The notes beneath the pieces are model-generated. The model did no database searches, was not told the DNA's origin, and saw only the letters and a list, made by a program, of their open reading frames with translations. Shown piece after piece: positions 54,171 to 62,652 of a stretch of 64,000 nucleotides of DNA (within the stretch, counting starts at the first letter, position 1; every line of letters starts with the position of its first letter). Source of the DNA: Escherichia phage DCP80. The translations under genes were made by a program, and so were the position numbers. Where the stretch lies: the sequence record PQ671644.1; one strand, 5' to 3'.

Positions 54171-54578
54171 ATGAACAACGTAACTGCTAAAGATATCCAA
54201 GTTAAAACCATCCGCACCGACGCTAACCCACATAACCAAAACCGCATCCGCAAATCCTGGGTCCTGGCGTGTGATGAAGTATCTGCCACCCGTCTGCAGT
54301 CTCTGCCGCAAGAAGTTAAATTCATGTTGTATGGTGTTATCGATACTGATGTATCTGATAAGTGGATTGAACTGATGCAACGTCATTACAACGATTCACT
54401 GGCTGCTGGTGCTAAACTGGTTATCGACCGTGACGGTTCCGAACGTCTTGAAGATGATTACTGTGTTAACTCTGACGACCATCTGGTGCAAGCTGGTTCT
54501 ATTATTGCTGCGCAACTTCCAGAGTATATTGAATCTCTTCCGGAAGCTATCCACAAACAAATGGCAGTTGTTGCTTAA
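54171..54578 (+). CDS. Hypothetical, highly codon-biased protein immediately upstream of gene 45 (rpbA position in T4)
   Basis: Position only. Start ambiguous (54153 or 54171). Confidence 0.4.
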   Translation: MNNVTAKDIQVKTIRTDANPHNQNRIRKSWVLACDEVSATRLQSLPQEVKFMLYGVIDTDVSDKWIELMQRHYNDSLAAGAKLVIDRDGSERLEDDYCVNSDDHLVQAGSIIAAQLPEYIESLPEAIHKQMAVVA

Positions 54579-54608
54579 TTAATTTTGATTTGAATAAAAG
54601 GTAATTAA

Positions 54609-55304
54609 ATGAAATTCTCTAAAGACACTATCGCAGTTTTGAAAAACTTCACCTCCATCTACTCTGGCATTATGCTTAAACCAGGCAATACCATCCTGAC
54701 TCGTTCTGTAACTGGAGCGTCATATGGCGAATCCGAAATCAATGATACAATTGACTTTGAAGCTGCGATTTATGACCTGAACGGCTTCTTAAGTATCCTG
54801 GGCCTGGTAACTGACCAAGCTGAAGTATCTCTGGCTGAAGACGCATCAAATATCATTATCAAAGACCAACGTTCAACGATTCACTGGCCTGCGGCTGACC
54901 CGAGCACTATCGTGTTCCCTGCTAAGAAGATTCCTTTCCCGGTAGCTAAGGTTATCTTCGACCTGAAAGGCAGTGACCTGCAGCAGCTTCTGCGTGTGGC
55001 TGGTGGTTTGTCTCTGGACACTTTTGCAATCACCAACAAAGACGGTAAGATTGTTATCCATGGTTATAACCAGCTCGAAGATAAAGAATTAGCGCGTCCA
55101 TTGTATTCCCTGGTGTGTGGTGATTACGAAGGCGATGCAGCGTTTAAATTTATCATTAACAAACTGAACATGAAAATGATTCCGGCTGATTACCGTGTTA
55201 TGCTTTGGGCAAAAGATGATAAATTTGCTACGAAGTTTGAAGGCACACAAGCAAGCTATGTGATTGCAATGGAACAAGGCTCTAGCCACGAATTCCAAGA
55301 TTAA
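54609..55304 (+). CDS. 45: Sliding clamp gp45
   Basis: Aligns with T4 gp45: SKDT...LKNF....SGIMLK, AIYDLNGFL.IL.LV, WPAADPST.V, DLQQLLRV, FIIN..NMKM and LWAK. Confidence 0.92.
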   Translation: MKFSKDTIAVLKNFTSIYSGIMLKPGNTILTRSVTGASYGESEINDTIDFEAAIYDLNGFLSILGLVTDQAEVSLAEDASNIIIKDQRSTIHWPAADPSTIVFPAKKIPFPVAKVIFDLKGSDLQQLLRVAGGLSLDTFAITNKDGKIVIHGYNQLEDKELARPLYSLVCGDYEGDAAFKFIINKLNMKMIPADYRVMLWAKDDKFATKFEGTQASYVIAMEQGSSHEFQD

Positions 55305-55307
55305 TAA

Positions 55308-55325
55308 ATGGGGCTTCGGCCCCAT
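55308..55325 (+). terminator. C(UUCG)G hairpin
   Basis: atggggcttcggccccat. Confidence 0.5.
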
Positions 55326-55360
55326 GGAGTACAAAGTAGAAACTAATATGAGGAAAATAT

Positions 55361-56320
55361 ATGTTAACGGTTAATGACAAAGAATTCATGTGGGAACAAA
55401 AATACCGCCCAGGTACATTATCAGAGTGTATTCTCCCGGCTCATGATAAAGAAACATTAGAGGCGATTGTTAAAAAAGGTTTGATTCCTAACTTGATTCT
55501 GGTCAGTAGTTCCCCTGGTACTGGTAAGACAACAGTTGCAAAAGCTATGTGCGCAGATACGAATTCTGATATGCTGTTTGTTAACGGCTCCGATTGCCGA
55601 ATTGACTTTGTGCGTAATGAATTGACTCGCTTTGCATCATCCAAATCAATCGAAGGTCGCCGTAAGGTAATTGTTATCGATGAGTTCGACCGTGCAGGTC
55701 TGGCAGAATCACAACGGCATCTTCGTAGCTTTATGGAAGCTTATTCAAGCAACTGTTCAATCATTATGACCGCGAACAATATTGATGGCATCATCACTCC
55801 GTTGCAGTCTCGTTGTCGCGTCATTAAGTTTGGTGAAGCAACTCCGGCTGACCAGACTACCATGATGAAAGAGATGATTCATCGTGCAGTCGCGATATGT
55901 AAAAACGAAGGCGTTGAAATCGAAGACCTGAAAGTTGTTGCTGCTTTGGTTAAGCATAACTTCCCGGACCTGCGTAAGACAATTAATGAGCTTGACCGTT
56001 ACTCTGCAAAGGGTGTTATCGATTCCGGTATTCTAAGCATCGTGACAAACAATCGCACGCCAATTGATGATGTGATTGATGCCCTTAAGGACCGTAACTT
56101 TAAAGTTCTCCGTGGTCTGGCTCCTAAGCATGCAAATGATTATTCAAGCTTCATTGCAAAGCTGGCTGATGAAATGTATGGCAAACTGACTGGTGCAAGT
56201 ATTATCCGCATGTATGAGATTGTAGGTGAGAATAATCAGTATCATGGCATTGCAGCCAATACCGAAGTTCACTTGACTTATCTGTTTGCTCAACTGGCTG
56301 GGGAAATGAAATGGCTGTAA
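55361..56320 (+). CDS. 44: Clamp loader large subunit gp44
   Basis: EQKYRP, SPGTGKTTVAKA (Walker A), VIVIDEFDR, SQRHLRSFMEAYSSNCSII.TANN and SRCRVI.FG. Confidence 0.92.
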   Translation: MLTVNDKEFMWEQKYRPGTLSECILPAHDKETLEAIVKKGLIPNLILVSSSPGTGKTTVAKAMCADTNSDMLFVNGSDCRIDFVRNELTRFASSKSIEGRRKVIVIDEFDRAGLAESQRHLRSFMEAYSSNCSIIMTANNIDGIITPLQSRCRVIKFGEATPADQTTMMKEMIHRAVAICKNEGVEIEDLKVVAALVKHNFPDLRKTINELDRYSAKGVIDSGILSIVTNNRTPIDDVIDALKDRNFKVLRGLAPKHANDYSSFIAKLADEMYGKLTGASIIRMYEIVGENNQYHGIAANTEVHLTYLFAQLAGEMKWL

Positions 56321-56742
56321 GTCTCTTTGATGATGACGTTCAATTAAACGAACATGAGGTTGCGTGGAAATCACGCGACTTTAACAAAATTCAGGAATTG
56401 TCCGATTCATACAAAGAGAAAGCAGAAAATGAATTGTTCGCGATTCTTAACGACATAACCGTTAGCAAAAAACCACGGAACCTGATTCAATCGGAAAACT
56501 ACAATAAATTCTGGCTGGACAATGCCTTGAGTCAACATGTCGATTGCATCATGCAGGTGAACGTGATGAACTTAATCGGTTCTGGATTAACAGACCAACA
56601 GCATTATAATTATTTGCTGCATGCGGTTCCACAAGGCAAGCGTTATGGCAAATGGGCGAAGGCTGAACCGGATGTAGTCAGCGTCCAGCTTGTGTTAAAG
56701 CTTTTGATGAAATATTATACAATTAATGCAGATGATGCTTTG
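56311..56742 (+). CDS. 62: Clamp loader small subunit gp62, 3'-truncated by the gap
   Basis: SLF.DD.QLNEH.VAW, KEKAENE.F, ENALSQ, MNLIGSGL and VP.GKRYGKWAK. Runs into the N18 gap. Confidence 0.8.
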
Positions 56743-56760
56743 NNNNNNNNNNNNNNNNNN
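56743..56760. other. Assembly gap (N18)
   Basis: Run of n. Confidence 1.
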
Positions 56761-56910
56761 ACGAATCTGACGTTTAGTCGGTCGCGCAACGTAAGCTTGT
56801 GTAGTTACTCGTCCAAAAACACCATACTTAGGCGAAGGAGTATCAATAAAGACTTCCCACTGGCAAGAGTAGCTATATATTGCTTTAGAGAATTGGGTCA
56901 AAACAAACAT
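56761..56910 (-). CDS. Hypothetical protein, 3'-truncated by the gap
   Basis: ATG at 56910. MFVLTQFSKAIYSYSCQWEVF... runs into the N18 gap. Confidence 0.4.
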
Positions 56911-56911
56911 A

Positions 56912-57271
56912 TTAACCTCGCTTCATGAAGGCATTAAAAATCTGGTCATCAATATCAGTAGGCGGTTCTTGAGCTTTGACCCAAGCCCCTTCCAGAATGT
57001 CATTCGCTTCAGTAGATAACATGACCCCAATTTCGGGGTTTCCCGTTATCCAGGCGGCGCAATCACGTACATTCTTTTTATCAAATGGATAGCCACGAGT
57101 ATCTTCATAAGGTCCATTCATTACCAGGAATGAGCGAGCCTTTATGATAATATCATCTTTAACGATAATATAACCAATCGCTTGATTAAACTGAGGGTCG
57201 CGGAATTCATAATGAGCATTACCATCATTATTGCTCGCCAGTTCAAAATTCAGAAAATTGTAATCATTCAT
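56912..57271 (-). CDS. Hypothetical protein (119 aa) with a DDQIFNAFMKRG tail
   Basis: ORF. Shares its last roughly 11 codons plus the stop and next-start junction with the upstream gene. Confidence 0.5.
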   Translation of the reverse strand: MNDYNFLNFELASNNDGNAHYEFRDPQFNQAIGYIIVKDDIIIKARSFLVMNGPYEDTRGYPFDKKNVRDCAAWITGNPEIGVMLSTEANDILEGAWVKAQEPPTDIDDQIFNAFMKRG

Positions 57272-57272
57272 A

Positions 57273-57707
57273 TTAATCTCGCTTCATGAAGGCATTAAAA
57301 ATCTGGTCGTCAACTGAATATACAGGGGTTTCCAGAAGTTTCAAAAGACTGTTTTTGATGTACTTACCCGGGATACCCTTAACAATACTGTCATTCAACT
57401 CATTATCAGGGTTGATGTCTTTAAATTCAAACCCGTCAAACTCAACCTTGTCAGGAATACCGTCAGCGAAAAAATAAACCAATTGGTGCATTGTATTGCG
57501 CGAAAATAATTTAGACTTGACCGCAATAAGTTCTTGCCAATGGTTTAATTCTTTGTTAAGAAGTTTATGAGCAAACGTAATTCTATTATCACTATCAACA
57601 AGAAAATAACCCAGGTATTGAATCTCGTCGCTCCAAAACACCCTGTATGCCTGCGCATTTGGATTTTTACAACGAAGTTTTTTGATAACCAAATTTCTGT
57701 TAATCAT
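57273..57707 (-). CDS. Hypothetical protein (144 aa) with a DDQIFNAFMKRD tail
   Basis: Start at M46 of the track ORF (SD ggtga). The longer ORF overlaps the sp-like gene. Confidence 0.5.
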   Translation of the reverse strand: MINRNLVIKKLRCKNPNAQAYRVFWSDEIQYLGYFLVDSDNRITFAHKLLNKELNHWQELIAVKSKLFSRNTMHQLVYFFADGIPDKVEFDGFEFKDINPDNELNDSIVKGIPGKYIKNSLLKLLETPVYSVDDQIFNAFMKRD

Positions 57708-57708
57708 T

Positions 57709-58002
57709 TTATTCACCTGTAACCCATTGAACAATTTTGCTATTGTCAAATGAAGCATCGCAATACAGAATATAGTTATACTGCATAACGTCACCAGAAG
57801 ACAATTGGTCAGATACTTCTTTAACCATATCAGGGCGGTCACGTTTGGTTATGTTCATGATATCAGCACGAATCTGGGTTTCAACTTCAGATTGCTCTGC
57901 TGTCATAGACCATTCACAAAGGTTTTTATCAAGCCCAGCAGTAACTGGAGCTGTACCACATGATGCTACGGTAAGAATTGCTGCAATAATTAACTTTTTC
58001 AT
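57709..58002 (-). CDS. sp: Spackle-like periplasmic/lipoprotein (superinfection exclusion candidate)
   Basis: 97 aa. Signal peptide with a lipobox-like VASC. Resembles my recollection of T4 Sp (LCEWSMTA.Q.EVETQI.ADIMNI.KRDRP, VMQYNY.LYCD). Lies downstream of 41 and dmd, as in T4. Confidence 0.55.
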   Translation of the reverse strand: MKKLIIAAILTVASCGTAPVTAGLDKNLCEWSMTAEQSEVETQIRADIMNITKRDRPDMVKEVSDQLSSGDVMQYNYILYCDASFDNSKIVQWVTGE

Positions 58003-58030
58003 AATGTTCTCCTCAGTAGTTGATATGGAT

Positions 58031-58059
58031 AATATACTGCATTATCCCTTTGATGTAAA
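58031..58059 (-). promoter_or_regulatory. T4-early-type promoter
   Basis: aGTTTACA-17nt-TATATT followed by the leader atcaactactgaggag. Confidence 0.6.
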
Positions 58060-58062
58060 CTG

Positions 58063-58266
58063 TTATTTTTCGTTAGAACGATAATCACATTCAAAAACTT
58101 TATTGCCATTAACAAAGGCTTTAACCAGCGCATTATTCACTTCTGCATACTGCACTGTAACCCATTCAATCATATTTTTGTCACTGACATCCAGGGCGGT
58201 TTCTTTGGTAAACATATTACCATTTTCAAACCAACCAATAAACACTACGTTCTCTAATTTATACAT
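58063..58266 (-). CDS. dmd: Dmd-like antitoxin (anti-RnlA/LsoA)
   Basis: 67 aa. VVFIGWFENGNMFTKE...QYAEVNNALVKAF..GNKV.ECD.R resembles my recollection of T4 Dmd (61.5). Syntenic downstream of gene 41. Confidence 0.55.
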   Translation of the reverse strand: MYKLENVVFIGWFENGNMFTKETALDVSDKNMIEWVTVQYAEVNNALVKAFVNGNKVFECDYRSNEK

Positions 58267-58584
58267 TTAGATTTCCTCACAAAACGCCCAAGCGGCGTGA
58301 TAAACTGTTGCGCCTTTAGTATCATTTAAACAAACCACGTCAACAGGTGCAATCACACGATAAAGACGGGGTTCTCCTCCATATGAGCGAGCTGCTCTTC
58401 CTGCATAGATACGCGCCAAACCAATATCTTCAGTAAAAAACACACGCCCTAAATTTTTCTTACGTCCAACTTCTGACAGAACACCAGTTGCATCAGGAGG
58501 ACAAAGCATATTTTGGATTCCAGCATTAGAGCTTGACCCATGATAATAAACTTTGTATTCTGCCTTGCAATCAATGGTTTTCAT
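58267..58584 (-). CDS. Hypothetical protein (105 aa), weak ART-like motifs
   Basis: VYYHGSS ... GRVFFTEDIGLARIYA ... RLYRV. Only loosely reminiscent of H-Y-E ADP-ribosyltransferase or DUF3990-type cores. Confidence 0.5.
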   Translation of the reverse strand: MKTIDCKAEYKVYYHGSSSNAGIQNMLCPPDATGVLSEVGRKKNLGRVFFTEDIGLARIYAGRAARSYGGEPRLYRVIAPVDVVCLNDTKGATVYHAAWAFCEEI

Positions 58585-58610
58585 TTTATTCTCCAGTAGT
58601 TGATAGAGTC

Positions 58611-58619
58611 ATTATAACA
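58611..58619 (-). promoter_or_regulatory. Extended -10 promoter TGTTATAAT
   Basis: atGTTATAATgactctatcaactactggagaataaaATG, directly after a terminator hairpin. Confidence 0.5.
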
Positions 58620-58628
58620 TAAGAAAAA

Positions 58629-58643
58629 GGGGCTGTAAGCCCC
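58629..58643 (-). terminator. Hairpin plus T-run terminator
   Basis: Plus strand aaaaaggggctgtaagcccc. Confidence 0.65.
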
Positions 58644-58652
58644 TTTGTTCAC

Positions 58653-58955
58653 TTACGCCAACTCATAGTTGTGCATAGTCAGACAACGAATTTTCCCAGT
58701 AGTTGGGTGCATAACAGTCACACTAATTGTGTAATCATCACACACGTTAACAAAAGGTTCAGCGATAACATATACTGCCCCACCCGCCAACAGGTATTCA
58801 CGAAGAGAGCTGCGAACAGATGAAGGTTGAACATCGCTTTTGAGCTTTATTAATTTACCAGTTTGAATGCCTGATGCGATAAGAGCAGCACAGTTTTCAT
58901 CACGGCGAGCGAATTGTCCAAAATAGTAACGATTCATGTCGGTTTGATTAAACAT
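58653..58955 (-). CDS. Hypothetical protein (100 aa)
   Basis: ORF with SD aaggaaa. Confidence 0.5.
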   Translation of the reverse strand: MFNQTDMNRYYFGQFARRDENCAALIASGIQTGKLIKLKSDVQPSSVRSSLREYLLAGGAVYVIAEPFVNVCDDYTISVTVMHPTTGKIRCLTMHNYELA

Positions 58956-59004
58956 ATGGTTTTCCTTTTAACAGTTGGTTTATTGTGTAACTCAGTATGA
59001 AATC

Positions 59005-59033
59005 ATTATGTCCTAAGACAAGGGGCTTGTACA
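59005..59033 (-). promoter_or_regulatory. Early sigma70-type promoter
   Basis: atagTGTACA-17nt-CATAATgatttcatactgagttac. Confidence 0.6.
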
Positions 59034-59282
59034 CTATTTTAATTCATTAATTAAATGAAAATCTTGTGCATTGAAAGTAATGAAAAAATAATCATTCCCT
59101 TCAACTGAAGCATGACAGGCAACACTACACCAGCGCCTTGCTCTGTTCAAGGAGCAATCCAAAATTTTAAAAGGCTTCAGACCAACAATGGCAGCTGTTC
59201 TTTTATTATGCTCACAAATATCAGCATACTTTTGGAGAGCTTCTTCAGATTTGAACTGGTAATGCACATTAACTAATAACAT
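59034..59282 (-). CDS. Hypothetical protein (82 aa)
   Basis: ORF with SD gagga. Confidence 0.5.
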   Translation of the reverse strand: MLLVNVHYQFKSEEALQKYADICEHNKRTAAIVGLKPFKILDCSLNRARRWCSVACHASVEGNDYFFITFNAQDFHLINELK

Positions 59283-59313
59283 TTTATTATCCTCATCAGT
59301 AGTTGATGGGATA

Positions 59314-59342
59314 ATAGTACACCCTTTTTATGGTGATGTAAA
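59314..59342 (-). promoter_or_regulatory. T4-early-type promoter
   Basis: ggTTTACA-17nt-TACTAT followed by the leader atcaactactgatgagg. Confidence 0.6.
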
Positions 59343-59358
59343 CCTCTAAAATGAAAAA

Positions 59359-59371
59359 GACCCGAAGGGTC
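59359..59371 (-). terminator. C(UUCG)G hairpin plus T-run after gene 41
   Basis: Plus strand aaaaagacccgaagggtc. Confidence 0.65.
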
Positions 59372-59372
59372 T

Positions 59373-60812
59373 TTAGAATTTCATTTGAGCAGCAAGGTCG
59401 TCCAGGTCGCTCCTGTTGACCCTGGTTTGTCTATTCATTTCAGCCTGGCGATTCATCTCACCGGTGGCTTCTTTAACCGTAGGGCCTTGTTTAGGAGCTG
59501 AATCATCATCAACCTCGTACCAGCGCTGATTACCTTTCTTAACACCCATCTTGAATTTATTATAGTAGTTCTTATCGCCATAACGAGACTTAAGCTGTTT
59601 GATTAACTGCAGACCCATTTGAGCGAATTCTTCAGTCTCAACAACACCCAACATAAAGTCGGCCGTGTGAGCAATACCAAAGGATTCTGCGATGTCAGCC
59701 ATATCAATCTCAGCTGCAACGTTCGCGCCCCTGGTTGTCTGTGCTGCAGTCCACAGGACCACATTTTTCTCAACAGCCAGACCACGAAGTTCTTCTGCAA
59801 CCATCTTAATCAGGCCGTAACTGTTTTCGGTAAACGTTTTCAGTCTTGAGCTTGCACAGATTGCCAGGTAGTCAACAATAATCACATCCGGCACAAACCC
59901 TTGCTTCAGTTTGTATTCATTCAATAATGCACGGAAGGTATCTGCATGAGCACCGCCAGTTGGATATTGTTTTATCTTCAGAGTCCCAAGAGTCCCTGAT
60001 GCCCGCCATTTTTCCATCTTAGCTTTGTATTCTGCCCATGATATATGACCTTCATCAATATCATCCAGAGACACATCCAGCAAGTTGGCATCAATACGTT
60101 TGGCACATACTTCTTCAGCCATTTCCATGCTTATATAAAGCACGTTATGACCAGTCTGAAGATAGTCGGCCGCTAACGAACAAAGTCCCAGAGATTTCCC
60201 GACGTTTGTCCCGGCCAGTAAAACGTTCTCTGTGCCGTACTCAACTCCACCCTTCGTAATTTTATTCAGGATGTTAATACGGAACGGAACCTTCTTCGAT
60301 TTGTTCAGATAAGTCTGGAATCGAGCTTCGTAATCGTTTAACCAGTCATGGCCCAGTGCAGAGTCAAAACAGATAGACAATGCATCGCGCATGATATCAG
60401 GGATAGCACCAATATCTGGGATTCGTTTATCACGTTTATCTTTCGGAAGTTCGGCATTACTCTGGATTTCGATAATCCTGGATGTGGCATTGAACATCGC
60501 AGACTTCTGTACATACTTCTCGGTTTCTCTAACCAACCATTCCTGGTCTTCTGGAGTATCAGCCAGAACTCCTAAGAGTTTCTTTGTGCCTTCATATTCG
60601 ACTTCAGAAAGGTCAGAACTGTCAAGCGCAATATCAAGTGCAGTCTTAGTTGGTACCGCTTGATATTCTTTTACGTGTTCGTTAATCGTATTAAAAAGGG
60701 TCTTTGCAGGACCCTTTTCAAAATATGTGTTATTCAGATATGGCCAGACTTTAACAAAATATTCCTTGTTAAAGAGTAGCTGGGATAAAATAGTTTCTAC
60801 CACTTCCACCAC
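59373..60812 (-). CDS. 41: Replicative DNA helicase gp41 (DnaB family)
   Basis: Aligns with remembered T4 gp41: KVWPY, ETEKYVQ..AMFNATS.IIEIQ.NAELP, GVNVGKSLGLCSLAADYLQ.GHNVLYISMEMAEEVCAKRIDAN.LDVSLDDID.GHIS and SRYGDKN. Confidence 0.92.
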   Translation of the reverse strand: MVEVVETILSQLLFNKEYFVKVWPYLNNTYFEKGPAKTLFNTINEHVKEYQAVPTKTALDIALDSSDLSEVEYEGTKKLLGVLADTPEDQEWLVRETEKYVQKSAMFNATSRIIEIQSNAELPKDKRDKRIPDIGAIPDIMRDALSICFDSALGHDWLNDYEARFQTYLNKSKKVPFRINILNKITKGGVEYGTENVLLAGTNVGKSLGLCSLAADYLQTGHNVLYISMEMAEEVCAKRIDANLLDVSLDDIDEGHISWAEYKAKMEKWRASGTLGTLKIKQYPTGGAHADTFRALLNEYKLKQGFVPDVIIVDYLAICASSRLKTFTENSYGLIKMVAEELRGLAVEKNVVLWTAAQTTRGANVAAEIDMADIAESFGIAHTADFMLGVVETEEFAQMGLQLIKQLKSRYGDKNYYNKFKMGVKKGNQRWYEVDDDSAPKQGPTVKEATGEMNRQAEMNRQTRVNRSDLDDLAAQMKF

Positions 60813-61141
60813 CTCTTTTTCATTTTAATTTTATCAATTTCATCTTGTATTTGCATTGTAACACACTTTTCTACATGCACTGCAAGCTCCGCTTTGCGGT
60901 CTTCAGAAGGGGTGCCGAAATCAACTGAAACTTTTCCAGATGGTTCAATTTTAATTCCGGTTACGTACACAATGTGACTGGACCCATCAGGGAGTGATAA
61001 CAGAATTTCCTGCCGTACAGTTCCCATGGATTGCCGGATAATCTCCAAACTTTTTTCGTAGTAAGGTACAGAAGGAGCCTTAGCTCCCTCCGCATCTTTC
61101 TCGAAATTATCTAAATCAGATAAATCGATATCATTCATCAA
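60797..61141 (-). CDS. 40: Hypothetical protein in the gene 40 position (114 aa)
   Basis: Lies between uvsX and 41, as T4 gene 40 does. Trp/Lys-rich C-terminus KKRWWKW. Symbol assigned by synteny only. Confidence 0.35.
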   Translation of the reverse strand: MMNDIDLSDLDNFEKDAEGAKAPSVPYYEKSLEIIRQSMGTVRQEILLSLPDGSSHIVYVTGIKIEPSGKVSVDFGTPSEDRKAELAVHVEKCVTMQIQDEIDKIKMKKRWWKW

Positions 61142-62309
61142 GGTCTTCCATCATATCTAAATCGTTTTCGATATCTGCCGCAGACGGTTTTGTCTTACCT
61201 TCAGGAGCAGTGTATTTTTCAACCTTGGAGGCAATAAGCGCATCAACTTCGGCATCAACAACAGCATTGCTATCGATTGCACCCAGTTGGTAATGGCGTT
61301 TGATTGCATCACGGAAAGGTTCGTGCTTGAACAGCGGGCCCCAGAATTCGGTGCAGTTAGTATCTTTTGCGCGCCATGATTTTTCTTCGCGGACCATTTC
61401 ACCGGTCTCAACATCAAGATATTCACGGTTATACCAACCAACTTTTGGTTTCACCACAAATCCGATTTCCATTGCCATATCAAGCAGGCCAGAATACGGG
61501 TCAATCCCACCATCGAATTTTACATCAATGAAGAATTTACTTTTCTCTTTGACCATACGAGATTTTTCGGCGTTCAGAACAAATTGGAAGCCTTCAAGTT
61601 CTTTACCAGTTTCTTTAATCTGGCGTTTGCCGATAATGAATACGGTGTCCGCAGAATACATAACACCTGTACCGCCGGTCATAACGGTTTTACTGTACAT
61701 CTCAATCGTCTCGATTGTATGGTTAACCGCGACACAAGGAATATCCTTGATGCTAAAATACGGGGTAACAATACGGAACAGAGATTTCAGGGATTTGGCA
61801 CGAGTCATATCACCAACGACTTTTTCGTTCATCGCATCTTCTGTTTCTTTTTTCGACGCCATGTTACCGATTGAGTCAATAAAAATAATGACTTTTTCAC
61901 CACGCTCAATTGCTTCAAGCTGGTTAACCATATCAACTTTCAATTGTTCAACCGACTGGATTGGTGTATGGATAACACGTTCCGGGTCAACTTTCATTGC
62001 ACGAAGATATGCTTCTGTGATACCAAATTCTGAATCATAGAACAAACAGATTGCATCGGGGTATTTGTTCATATATGCAGAGACCATCGTTAAACCCATA
62101 TTGGATTTAAAGTGTTTTGACGGACCAGCAAAAATAGTCAAACCTGACTGCATACCACCATCTAGTGCACCGCTGATTGCAATGTTCAGCATCGGGATTT
62201 TTGTACGAACTACATCTTTACCATTAAAGAACTTGGACTTGGTAAGAGTCGCGGTCATTTTGGATGTAGAAGCTTTAATCAAACGGGATTTCAAATCTGC
62301 AATAGACAT
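61131..62309 (-). CDS. uvsX: Recombinase UvsX (RecA/Rad51 family)
   Basis: Aligns with remembered T4 UvsX: DLKSRLIKASTSK, AGPSKHFKSN (Walker A region), CLFYDSEFGIT, ERGEKV..FIDS.GN.ASKKETEDA.NEKVV.DMTRAK, GGTG.MYSADTVFIIGKRQIK and KSWRAKDTNC..FWGPLFKH.PFRDAIK. Confidence 0.93.
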   Translation of the reverse strand: MSIADLKSRLIKASTSKMTATLTKSKFFNGKDVVRTKIPMLNIAISGALDGGMQSGLTIFAGPSKHFKSNMGLTMVSAYMNKYPDAICLFYDSEFGITEAYLRAMKVDPERVIHTPIQSVEQLKVDMVNQLEAIERGEKVIIFIDSIGNMASKKETEDAMNEKVVGDMTRAKSLKSLFRIVTPYFSIKDIPCVAVNHTIETIEMYSKTVMTGGTGVMYSADTVFIIGKRQIKETGKELEGFQFVLNAEKSRMVKEKSKFFIDVKFDGGIDPYSGLLDMAMEIGFVVKPKVGWYNREYLDVETGEMVREEKSWRAKDTNCTEFWGPLFKHEPFRDAIKRHYQLGAIDSNAVVDAEVDALIASKVEKYTAPEGKTKPSAADIENDLDMMEDLDE

Positions 62310-62362
62310 TCATTTTTTCCATAGGCACCATCATATTTTTCTCACAGGTTTAAGATAGGATA

Positions 62363-62388
62363 ATTATATCACTGTATTTTTAGAGCAA
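62363..62388 (-). promoter_or_regulatory. MotA-dependent middle promoter candidate upstream of uvsX
   Basis: Minus strand reads aaTTGCTCTAaaaatacagtgaTATAAT. A MotA-box-like TGCT(c)TA lies 12 nt upstream of a -10 TATAAT, with no -35. Confidence 0.45.
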
Positions 62389-62517
62389 TTAACGATTGAA
62401 TCCACGATTAATTGCACGTTCAACAATCTTCCGGGTCTGACGTTTGTCCCACCAGTACATAAACCCAATACCAAATGCAGACAACAGCCATAAGCTAATC
62501 AATAACATACCAATCAT
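62389..62517 (-). CDS. Small membrane protein (42 aa)
   Basis: SD gagaag. Hydrophobic IGMLLISLWLLSAFGIGFMYWW. Confidence 0.3.
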   Translation of the reverse strand: MIGMLLISLWLLSAFGIGFMYWWDKRQTRKIVERAINRGFNR

Positions 62518-62544
62518 AATATTCTTCTCACAGTTCAGGGAAAT

Positions 62545-62652
62545 TTAGTAAACGTTACCACGTTTCCAGTTTTCTTCAGCCAAATGCTTATTACGCTTTT
62601 CTAATAGCAACAAACCAATTACTGTTACAACAATCAGAAGTAATAATAACAT
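62545..62652 (-). CDS. Small membrane protein (35 aa)
   Basis: TGATG coupling with the upstream gene. LLLLLIVVTVIGLLLL. Confidence 0.3.
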   Translation of the reverse strand: MLLLLLIVVTVIGLLLLEKRNKHLAEENWKRGNVY

